Of a stretch of DNA of 20,000 nt, positions 1 to 5,833 are shown piece by piece. The notes under the pieces were generated by a model, which searched no databases, had not been told where the DNA came from, and saw only the letters and a program-made list of their open reading frames with translations. This DNA comes from an uncultured virus (IMG/VR IMGVR_UViG_3300033066_000375). Its lineage: Duplodnaviria > Heunggongvirae > Uroviricota > Caudoviricetes. The position numbers and the translations under genes were made by a program. The stretch is from IMG/VR virus record IMGVR_UViG_3300033066_000375, one strand, 5' to 3'. Position 1 is the first letter of the stretch; every line of letters begins with the position of its first letter.

Positions 1-2
1 AT

Positions 3-149
3 TTTCACAATGCTGCGGGCAGTCGTTTGGGCTGGGTTCATCTTGTCTGGGGTAATGATTGCGATCTTATCAGCGATTCTGCGGACAATGCTGACACCAC
101 TTGGCTACTGTACGATGCGGAATTGTTCGCTGATAGTCTTTTGCCCTAA
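3..149 (+). CDS. 3' end of phage hypothetical protein (5'-truncated by window edge)
   Basis: Frame 3 is open from the window edge to TAA at 147-149 (FHNAAGSRLGWVHLVWGNDCDLISDSADN...LLP*). It is followed directly by the promoter of the next gene. Not in the ORF track. Confidence 0.7.
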   Translation, partial: FHNAAGSRLGWVHLVWGNDCDLISDSADNADTTWLLYDAELFADSLLP

Positions 150-152
150 TCC

Positions 153-186
153 ATTCAGTAATGATTCATCTAGTGTGGAGTATACT
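153..186 (+). promoter_or_regulatory. Direct-repeat-box promoter: ATTCAG-N5-ATTCAT, 11 nt, -10 TATACT
   Basis: Half sites at 153-158 and 164-169, TATACT at 181-186, GGAG RBS before ATG 219. No TTGACA-like -35. Confidence 0.65.
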
Positions 187-218
187 AGCTTCACACTAGA
201 TGAAACGGAGAATTCAGC

Positions 219-518
219 ATGAAATTCAACGTCAAGTATAACGTGACCCTGACCGATGACCAGGGCGAATACGAAGAATTGCGCAGCACCATCGCCGTGC
301 TGGATTATGCCAGCGCTCCAACCCCCGCATCCTGGGATGATCCTGGCGACCCTGGTGATTTTGAGTGGCATTTTGAGAATGAAGATGGAACATCTGATAA
401 GTTTGCAGAAGAGAATTGCAGCAAGCGTGACCGGGAAGCAATCGAAGAGTATATGACGCTGGAAGACGGTTGGCTTGCGCGACGTAACTTCCGCAAGCGC
501 CACGGTTGGGATGATTGA
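219..518 (+). CDS. Acidic phage hypothetical protein (99 aa)
   Basis: ORF with GGAG RBS, its own promoter and a downstream terminator. Confidence 0.85.
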   Translation: MKFNVKYNVTLTDDQGEYEELRSTIAVLDYASAPTPASWDDPGDPGDFEWHFENEDGTSDKFAEENCSKRDREAIEEYMTLEDGWLARRNFRKRHGWDD

Positions 519-520
519 TA

Positions 521-548
521 GAGCGCCCTTCGGGGCGCTTTCTTTTTT
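521..548 (+). terminator. Rho-independent terminator
   Basis: GAGCGCCC-TTCG-GGGCGCTT hairpin followed by TCTTTTTT, right after the stop at 518. Confidence 0.9.
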
Positions 549-562
549 GCCTGCCATCTTCT

Positions 563-610
563 CCGACCACGCACCCATTTTATCATAATATATCTGAACA
601 GTTCCTGAAC
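563..610 (-). promoter_or_regulatory. Antisense direct-repeat-box promoter with conserved AAAATGGG-N5-GGTCGG element (copy A)
   Basis: Minus strand reads GTTCAG-gaact-GTTCAG, 11 nt, TAAAAT GGG tgcgt GGTCGG. Near-identical to + strand 4402-4449. Confidence 0.65.
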
Positions 611-642
611 AGACTGTAACCGATCTTGTTACAAAATTCTTG

Positions 643-670
643 TTGACGTCATATCGGATTAGAGTATAAT
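643..670 (+). promoter_or_regulatory. sigma70-type early promoter
   Basis: TTGACG (643-648) - 16 nt - TATAAT (665-670), with an A/T tract upstream. Confidence 0.75.
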
Positions 671-675
671 CAAAC

Positions 676-691
676 CCATACCAACGGAGAC
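676..691 (+). repeat. 16-bp leader/RBS repeat CCATACCAACGGAGAC, copy 1 (copy 2 at 1424-1439)
   Basis: Exact 16-nt match in the 5' UTRs of genes 698 and 1446. Confidence 0.85.
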
Positions 692-697
692 TAGACC

Positions 698-949
698 ATG
701 ACCCCCAGCGAACTCAAGCGTAACATCGAACGGAATCGTCCTGAGAGCATGTTTTTCTCTCGCAATAACATGAAGTATGCTGGGGATACCATGCGTAACT
801 ATGGGGTGCGTTCCGCGAAAATCTTGACCAAAGAGGGTGTAACGGAAGTGTGGGAGCTGTATCGTCGTCAGCCAACCCGCCATGGTTTCACTCGTTCGGT
901 GTATTGGGATAAGGTCACGTTCAACGTGATTTACGCACTATCTCGTTAA
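698..949 (+). CDS. Basic phage hypothetical protein (83 aa)
   Basis: ORF with GGAG RBS and an upstream promoter. Confidence 0.85.
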   Translation: MTPSELKRNIERNRPESMFFSRNNMKYAGDTMRNYGVRSAKILTKEGVTEVWELYRRQPTRHGFTRSVYWDKVTFNVIYALSR

Positions 950-977
950 GTTAGAGTTCAGCTTCATAGCGTATAAT
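945..977 (+). promoter_or_regulatory. Direct-repeat-box promoter: GTTAAG-N5-GTTCAG, 10 nt, TATAAT
   Basis: Half sites at 945-950 and 956-961, -10 at 972-977. Confidence 0.7.
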
Positions 978-1004
978 CTAATCCAACAACCAAGGAAAGC
1001 AGCC

Positions 1005-1394
1005 ATGATCCTGAATCGCGAAGAGGCAACCATCGCATGTAATATATACGCTGCCGCGATTGCCAGCGAATTTCCTCATTTCATGGTCAGCATTCACGTC
1101 ACAAAAATTCTGGGCGACGTGGTGCAATTCTGCATCGCTAACGTCCCCACTGCCAATGATGCACCTTATGGCATCATTCACAATGCGTCATTCTTAGTCA
1201 AGGGCTTGATTCAGACTGACCACAAGGGCGCATACATGGAAAATCCGATTCTGTCTGGTCGTCACTTCAAGTTTCGCAAGATCAGCGGAGCCAATGAGGC
1301 TGAAGTGCTGAAAAAGTTTGACATGTGGATGCTCAAGAATAAAGAGGAAATTCTCGCCATCGTTCCGCGCCTTCGCGGGTATGAGGTTCAGTAA
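1005..1394 (+). CDS. Phage hypothetical protein (129 aa)
   Basis: ORF with AAGGA RBS and its own promoter. Confidence 0.85.
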   Translation: MILNREEATIACNIYAAAIASEFPHFMVSIHVTKILGDVVQFCIANVPTANDAPYGIIHNASFLVKGLIQTDHKGAYMENPILSGRHFKFRKISGANEAEVLKKFDMWMLKNKEEILAIVPRLRGYEVQ

Positions 1395-1418
1395 CTGTTC
1401 AGGTTGATAGTGTAGAAT
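1386..1418 (+). promoter_or_regulatory. Direct-repeat-box promoter: GTTCAG-N5-GTTCAG, 10 nt, TAGAAT
   Basis: Half sites at 1386-1391 and 1397-1402, -10 at 1413-1418. Confidence 0.75.
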
Positions 1419-1445
1419 ACAATCCATACCAACGGAGACAAGCAA

Positions 1446-1646
1446 ATGCACTGTCAGCCACTGAATACGCCAACCAAAGCTACCCCGTTCTCTGTCGGAG
1501 AGTATGTCGTGAACATCTATCAGCATGGGGTGTTCGTCATCGCCTACCGTTACACGCAATGTAGTGGCGATTCCATGATGGAAGAGATCAAAGAATTGCG
1601 CCGCAGAGCCTACCCCGCAGACCAAGGGTACACCATCGAATGGTAG
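1446..1646 (+). CDS. Phage hypothetical protein (66 aa)
   Basis: ORF with GGAG RBS, promoter and terminator. Confidence 0.8.
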   Translation: MHCQPLNTPTKATPFSVGEYVVNIYQHGVFVIAYRYTQCSGDSMMEEIKELRRRAYPADQGYTIEW

Positions 1647-1651
1647 CTACA

Positions 1652-1672
1652 AGCGCCCTTTCGGGCGCTTTT
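1652..1672 (+). terminator. Rho-independent terminator, similar to 521-548
   Basis: AAGCGCCC-TTTC-GGGCGCTT hairpin followed by T residues. Confidence 0.8.
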
Positions 1673-1687
1673 GGTATTTCAACCTCC

Positions 1688-1735
1688 CCGACCGCCATCC
1701 CATTTTATACTATCTATCCTGAACGACCACTGAAT
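1688..1735 (-). promoter_or_regulatory. Antisense direct-repeat-box promoter with AAAATGGG-N5-GGTCGG element (copy B)
   Basis: Minus strand reads ATTCAG-tggtc-GTTCAG, 11 nt, TAAAAT GGG atggc GGTCGG. Confidence 0.65.
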
Positions 1736-1746
1736 GAAAAAACCTG

Positions 1747-1775
1747 TTGACAACGTATAAAAGAATAGGTATAGT
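1747..1775 (+). promoter_or_regulatory. sigma70-type early promoter
   Basis: TTGACA (1747-1752) - 17 nt - TATAGT (1770-1775). Confidence 0.85.
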
Positions 1776-1802
1776 TCACTCATCGTCAGCGGAGATAGCC
1801 AA

Positions 1803-2177
1803 ATGACCACCGAACGTGTTGCCACTCTGGAAGACATGCAAGGCGCTTATTCCGATCTGTATAAGGATGTGTATGGTTTTCGCCCGCGTAATTTTGCTGG
1901 TTGGGACGATTATGATGCTTTGGGTAAAGAGATCGAATATCTGTATGGCGAGCTTGAACATGTAATGCAGCGTGAAAAGGAAGAGCAGGAGATCGCTGTA
2001 GCGGATTTTGAGAAGCGGATAGCCGACACCATCGCTATTGGTGCTGGGACGCGCCAGGATGCGATTCGTTGGATTGCACAGGGTGCTGGCTGGGCCGATC
2101 CTGATTTCATCTGTCACGAATTCGGGTTGCCTTATGGTTACCTTGGTCAGAAGTATCTGTTTGAAGAAATCGCTTGA
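1803..2177 (+). CDS. Conserved-type phage hypothetical protein (SDLYKDVYGFRPR motif), 124 aa
   Basis: ORF with GGAG RBS. The motif resembles small early proteins of T4-like/large phages (recognition, not a search). Confidence 0.85.
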   Translation: MTTERVATLEDMQGAYSDLYKDVYGFRPRNFAGWDDYDALGKEIEYLYGELEHVMQREKEEQEIAVADFEKRIADTIAIGAGTRQDAIRWIAQGAGWADPDFICHEFGLPYGYLGQKYLFEEIA

Positions 2178-2201
2178 CCATCGCTGCAATTCTGTTATAA
2201 T
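2174..2201 (+). promoter_or_regulatory. sigma70-type early promoter with extended -10
   Basis: TTGACC (2174-2179) - 16 nt - TATAAT (2196-2201), preceded by TGn. Confidence 0.8.
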
Positions 2202-2229
2202 ACCCTACATCAACCAAGGGGACACGATC

Positions 2230-2583
2230 ATGGCCAAGTCGAAAAAGCCCGTCATCCTGACCAACAAGACCAAGCAAGTGGTCGATAAGCCGTTCATTGT
2301 CAAGATGATGAACGAGAATGATGCTTGGCTGTATCGTGGCATTCTGCGCATCTATGATCGTCAGACGCAAGATGAACAAAATACCGAAGTCACTGCACAT
2401 GACAACGGCATCGGGTTTAACTCAGTTGACGCTACGATTTTATCAAGTTTTGCAAAGCAGATTGCTTCGCGTAACTTTCTAACCCCCAAACAGAAAGAGA
2501 TTGCCCGTAAGAAGATGAAAAAATACGCTGGCCAGCTATTGACAATAGCTACCAATAAGGTTATGACACATGCTGCCATATAA
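2230..2583 (+). CDS. Phage hypothetical protein (117 aa; RQTxDEQ...NGIGFN..D...KKYAGQL motif)
   Basis: Start reassigned from 2038 to ATG 2230, which follows a promoter and AAGGGG RBS. The upstream part overlaps gene 1803-2177. Confidence 0.85.
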   Translation: MAKSKKPVILTNKTKQVVDKPFIVKMMNENDAWLYRGILRIYDRQTQDEQNTEVTAHDNGIGFNSVDATILSSFAKQIASRNFLTPKQKEIARKKMKKYAGQLLTIATNKVMTHAAI

Positions 2584-3088
2584 TCCTGTTTACTATATCA
2601 CCCACAGTTGTAGGATTTAGACCGTAATCTCTTGCGATTGCGGTCACTCCATTTTGTAGATCACCCTTAACGCAGCGCGCTCTGATTTCAATAACGTCCT
2701 GCTCTGTAATTTTTGAACGTTTATGATTACTACCTCTAGGGCGCATTTCATTAGTGATTAATTTGGTTAATATCGCATGTTCAGCATTTTGCGCATTTGA
2801 GCACCATTCTAGATTATCAACATGATTGTTCAACTTATTTCCATCCTTGTGATTAATTTGCTCATAATTATTAGGATTATCTAAAAATGTTATAGCAACC
2901 ATCCTGTGGACTGTTATTGTTTTCTTTTCTGGATATAACTTAACTTTCACATAGCCTTTTTTATCTATGGTTTGTTTAAGAAAAAGACCATTAATAGAAT
3001 GATTCATTTTGTTTGGTTTACTAAAAATTCGCCCGTCACTATACACTATATAACGATTATTGTGTGGATATTCTTTGAATTGTATCAT
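2561..3088 (-). CDS. HNH homing endonuclease (NUMOD4-like N-terminus, HNH core, C-terminal HTH-like domain)
   Basis: Motifs Y.VYSDGRIFS, KGYVKVKL, VHRMVAITF, INHKDGNKLNNHVDNLEWCSNAQN. ATG 3088 lies 9 nt from a CAGGAG RBS (3097 is an alternative start). AT-rich relative to its neighbours. Confidence 0.92.
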   Translation of the reverse strand: MIQFKEYPHNNRYIVYSDGRIFSKPNKMNHSINGLFLKQTIDKKGYVKVKLYPEKKTITVHRMVAITFLDNPNNYEQINHKDGNKLNNHVDNLEWCSNAQNAEHAILTKLITNEMRPRGSNHKRSKITEQDVIEIRARCVKGDLQNGVTAIARDYGLNPTTVGDIVNRIIWQHVS

Positions 3089-3110
3089 AATTTGCATCTC
3101 CTGTTTATTG

Positions 3111-3118
3111 TATTTATA
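3111..3118 (-). promoter_or_regulatory. T4-type late promoter TATAAATA for the HNH gene
   Basis: TATTTATA on + strand = TATAAATA on - strand, immediately upstream of the HNH RBS. Confidence 0.75.
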
Positions 3119-3148
3119 CCCGATGGTTTAATTTGAAAGACCCGAATC

Positions 3149-3181
3149 ATTAAGTCACAGTTCAGGTTTGATCTGTATACT
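3149..3181 (+). promoter_or_regulatory. Direct-repeat-box promoter: ATTAAG-N5-GTTCAG, 10 nt, TATACT
   Basis: Half sites at 3149-3154 and 3160-3165, -10 at 3176-3181. Confidence 0.65.
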
Positions 3182-3207
3182 ACTTACCAACCAACAAGGA
3201 CTTAAAA

Positions 3208-3573
3208 ATGAAAAGCATTCGCGATGCGGCACTGCTGTCTCAGATTCTGAATCTGATCGAAACGCGGGCTTACGATATCCTGTGTGATATCGTGGACGCA
3301 ATCCTGTTCAACACTGGCTCCGTCCAAAGCGTTCTGCACAATTGGGGCATCAAGATCAATGTCGAGGCCCCCGCAATTGCGCCTGACACCGTGGCAGTTT
3401 ACTGCAACGGAATCATATTCAACTTCACCATCAAGCAATACAATGAGGTGGTGAATCACTTGTGTTATGGTCGCGTCATTGAAGCTATCAAGGCCACTCG
3501 CACAGCTACCAACTATGGCTTGAAGGAATCCAAGGAATTCTGTGAAGTGCTGCGCGATAGCCTCCCGCGCTGA
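3208..3573 (+). CDS. Protein with C-terminal ribosomal protein bL12 (L7/L12) CTD-like motif
   Basis: C-terminal VIEAIKATRTATNYGLKESKEFCE matches the L7/L12 signature (KIxxIKxVRxxTGLGLKEAKDLVE). AAGGA RBS. Confidence 0.75.
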   Translation: MKSIRDAALLSQILNLIETRAYDILCDIVDAILFNTGSVQSVLHNWGIKINVEAPAIAPDTVAVYCNGIIFNFTIKQYNEVVNHLCYGRVIEAIKATRTATNYGLKESKEFCEVLRDSLPR

Positions 3574-3608
3574 CCTGGACTAGCTTTTAGAAACGTAATT
3601 TTATTCTG

Positions 3609-3650
3609 AACAACCCTGGATCAGCAATGGTCTAGGGTTGTTGTTTTTAT
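3609..3650 (+). terminator. Rho-independent terminator
   Basis: AACAACCCTGGATCA-GCAA-TGGTCTAGGGTTGTT stem (with G-U pairs) followed by GTTTTT. Confidence 0.85.
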
Positions 3651-3712
3651 GCCACACCAGATTTTTTCACCATCATACGCGCTGTGATGATCTAAAATAG
3701 TGTTGAAATAGC

Positions 3713-3743
3713 TTCCAATAATCTTTCCAATAATCTTTCCAAT
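3713..3743 (+). repeat. 12-bp tandem repeat TTCCAATAATCT x2.6 in promoter region
   Basis: TTCCAATAATCT TTCCAATAATCT TTCCAAT, just before a TATCAT -10-like hexamer (3748-3753). Confidence 0.85.
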
Positions 3744-3778
3744 GGTGTATCATTCGATCATTCCAAGGGAGAACAGCC

Positions 3779-4171
3779 ATGGGCCAGACAATCGAAGTCG
3801 CAATCGGATATGATGACAACGGTGAAAGTATCATGGAAACGCTGCCCGCGAAGTTCATCGTGTGTCCTGAGTGTGAGGGCCATGGCACCATCATGAATAT
3901 CAGCATGGGCGGGCACGCCTACACGCAGGAAGAATTCAATAAACAATTCGATGACGAGGATAGCGCGGAATATTTCAAGCGTGGTGGCAAGTATGACGTA
4001 CAGTGTCCCCACTGCAAGGGTAAGAACGTGGTGTTGGACATTGACGCGGAAGCATGCGTGACCAATGAACAAAAGGACATTGTGAAAGCTTACGTCATTT
4101 GGCAGCATGAATTGTGGAAGGGTGAGATGGAAGACAGGATGACGATGCGCGGAGAATCCGGGCAGTGGTAG
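3779..4171 (+). CDS. DnaJ-type CxxCxGxG zinc-finger phage protein (130 aa)
   Basis: CPECEGHG and CPHCKGKN motifs. GGGAG RBS. Confidence 0.85.
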   Translation: MGQTIEVAIGYDDNGESIMETLPAKFIVCPECEGHGTIMNISMGGHAYTQEEFNKQFDDEDSAEYFKRGGKYDVQCPHCKGKNVVLDIDAEACVTNEQKDIVKAYVIWQHELWKGEMEDRMTMRGESGQW

Positions 4172-4286
4172 GAATTGAGCGGTGCGATCAGTGGCAATGG
4201 ACTGTAGGGTCGCACCGTCCTATCAGGGAATGCTACATTAGCAAACCCTAATTTGCATTTTTCAGGTTTACAATGCGCAACTTACA

Positions 4287-4320
4287 AGTGTACCAAAGCC
4301 AACCTGAACACAGGCTGAAC
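4287..4320 (-). promoter_or_regulatory. Direct-repeat-box promoter on minus strand, with no CDS downstream
   Basis: Minus strand reads GTTCAG-cctgt-GTTCAG, 11 nt, TACACT with TGn extension. Confidence 0.6.
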
Positions 4321-4401
4321 AAATCAGGGTCGCTGGGAAATGCGATGCACTGATTCACTAAACGTACCATAACCCCCATGAAGCATGCAATAGTGATTTT
4401 C

Positions 4402-4449
4402 GTTCAGGGTCCATTCAGTTATATTATGGTAAAATGGGTGCGTGGTCGG
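4402..4449 (+). promoter_or_regulatory. Direct-repeat-box promoter with AAAATGGG-N5-GGTCGG element (copy C)
   Basis: GTTCAG-ggtcc-ATTCAG (4402-4418), 11 nt, TAAAAT (4430-4435), GGG tgcgt GGTCGG. Confidence 0.7.
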
Positions 4450-4518
4450 GAGAATTGGCGAGCTTCAGAATGTTGCGAAAAACAACAGCCACTACGTGGA
4501 GCACTGTCCCGACCTCCA
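4444..4518 (+). ncRNA. Candidate structured small RNA (75 nt)
   Basis: Begins 8 nt after a -10 element. GGTCGGGA pairs with TCCCGACC, with inner helices TGGC/GCCA and TGTT/AACA. The segment ends TCCA. Confidence 0.3.
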
Positions 4519-4706
4519 GCCCATTTTGAACTAACTCGAAAGACATGGGAAGTACCGTTCGTCGGAAAGTCTAGGCGAAGATCGCTAGCACAATCCTGGA
4601 AAGCGTGCAAGTGCCATATGGCATATGGTGTAATTATCCAGAAGGTCTATAGTCCTATCCATGCCGCAGCGGTCCAGCGGTCCAGCAGCTTCAGGAGCAT
4701 ATCAGT

Positions 4707-4976
4707 ATGTCGTCTTTCAATGCTTTGGTCGATGATCTCAAGACTGCGTATCAGGCCGGTTTGGATTGTTGGGATGATGGTCGTTCGCCGTTGGAATGGG
4801 GCGGTGAATTGCTCTGTGGTGACCTTGAGGTTCACATGCCGTTGGTCGATGCGCTCAAGGATCGCGTCCAGCGCGAGGATCTCGAAACGGCGGTGGGCGC
4901 AAAGTTTAGCCTCCGCTGGAACGGCGAATCCTACGATCTTCTGGCACGTTGGCACGTTGCACCTGTCGCAAACTAG
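4707..4976 (+). CDS. Phage hypothetical protein (89 aa)
   Basis: AGGAG RBS, TATAGT -10 at 4648-4653, codon style like the neighbours. Confidence 0.8.
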   Translation: MSSFNALVDDLKTAYQAGLDCWDDGRSPLEWGGELLCGDLEVHMPLVDALKDRVQREDLETAVGAKFSLRWNGESYDLLARWHVAPVAN

Positions 4977-4985
4977 TTGTATACT
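4957..4985 (+). promoter_or_regulatory. sigma70-type early promoter
   Basis: TTGCAC (4957-4962) - 17 nt - TATACT (4980-4985). Confidence 0.7.
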
Positions 4986-5013
4986 AACCTCTCTCAACAA
5001 CGGAGCACCGAAC

Positions 5014-5778
5014 ATGAACACGATCACGCTGCAAGGCCCGATGACCCTTTCCCGCTTTGGCTTTCTCGCGAGTCTGGCGCTGCTGAGTGTGCTTGACACG
5101 TTGGCACAATGCACCGCTGGCCGTTTCGCCGCCATCATCGGCTATGTTCCGGTGGGCAAAGACTGGCTCACGCTGCCCAAGTATGACGCGACCTTCACCA
5201 GTCGCTTTGACACTCTCAAGCTCTACCAGCGTAAGCGTATGGCGCTGGAGGCGATCACCTTTGAGATGCTGGCCGATGCCATCGCCAAGGAACCAAAGCT
5301 TGCCACGCTTGAGCATGATGCGCTTGTGACGCTGTTCACCCTGCGCAAGTCGCTGATGCTGCAATCGCTGGATGGTACGCGAGAGGATACGGCAGCACAC
5401 CGCGAAGGTCAGGCGCGCTGTCATGCAACGGTCGAGGATGGTCTGCCCGCTGGCGTCCGCGTCCATTACGTGACCGCAAAGGGTGATGATGGTCTGATGT
5501 ATCCTGTGTTGCACGATGGTGCGCCTGTGGCCGAGTCTGTGCGCCTCCACGCTATCGTGCAATCTCGCCGCTACATCGTCAAGGGTGAGCGCAAGAAAGT
5601 GAACAGCGGTGCTCCTGTGTTGATGAGCAACGCGATTAAGAGCCTGTTGAATAGTCGCAGCGTGAGCATCACGTCGTTTACGTTGCGTGACAATTTCGAT
5701 GCGGTGCGCGTCGATGGTCACACGATCAGCAATGATGACGAACTGTATACGCCAACGGGTGAGGGCGATGATGACTGA
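5014..5778 (+). CDS. Phage hypothetical protein (254 aa)
   Basis: Start reassigned from 4378 to ATG 5014 (GGAG RBS, own promoter). Ends before a terminator. Confidence 0.85.
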   Translation: MNTITLQGPMTLSRFGFLASLALLSVLDTLAQCTAGRFAAIIGYVPVGKDWLTLPKYDATFTSRFDTLKLYQRKRMALEAITFEMLADAIAKEPKLATLEHDALVTLFTLRKSLMLQSLDGTREDTAAHREGQARCHATVEDGLPAGVRVHYVTAKGDDGLMYPVLHDGAPVAESVRLHAIVQSRRYIVKGERKKVNSGAPVLMSNAIKSLLNSRSVSITSFTLRDNFDAVRVDGHTISNDDELYTPTGEGDDD

Positions 5779-5803
5779 TAGTAACAAGTAGTAACACCAT
5801 ACT

Positions 5804-5833
5804 AGGGCCAGCATAATGCTGGCCCTTTTCTTT
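5804..5833 (+). terminator. Rho-independent terminator closing the GC-rich module
   Basis: AGGGCCAGCA-TAA-TGCTGGCCCT followed by TTTCTTT. Confidence 0.9.

Noticed and set aside
10..222. 70-aa ORF in the track
   Set aside because: It crosses the promoter and inverted repeat. Frame 3 (3-149) gives a more protein-like C-terminus ending just before the promoter.
2561..3120. Group I intron or intein housing the HNH
   Set aside because: The HNH is antisense to intact flanking genes and has its own promoter and RBS. No split host gene or intron core is visible.
4444..4518. Canonical tRNA gene
   Set aside because: No T-loop GTTCRA, no D-loop consensus and no proper anticodon arm. Kept only as a speculative tRNA-like RNA.
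4612..4686. 12-bp palindrome TGCCATATGGCA (4612-4623) and the CAGCGGTC tandem (4667-4686)
   Set aside because: Single short occurrences that could arise by chance or slippage, with no second copy to support a function.
4378..5013. N-terminal 212 codons of the 466-aa ORF 4378-5778
   Set aside because: It runs through promoters, a structured non-coding segment and the better-supported ORF 4707-4976. The real start with RBS and promoter is 5014.
105..5814. Numerous minus-strand ORFs in the GC-rich half (e.g. 105-578, 1194-1625, 1776-2189, 4647-5138, 4984-5814)
   Set aside because: These are antisense shadows of + strand genes, expected at higher GC, with no RBS or motif support. Only the HNH gene is supported on the minus strand.
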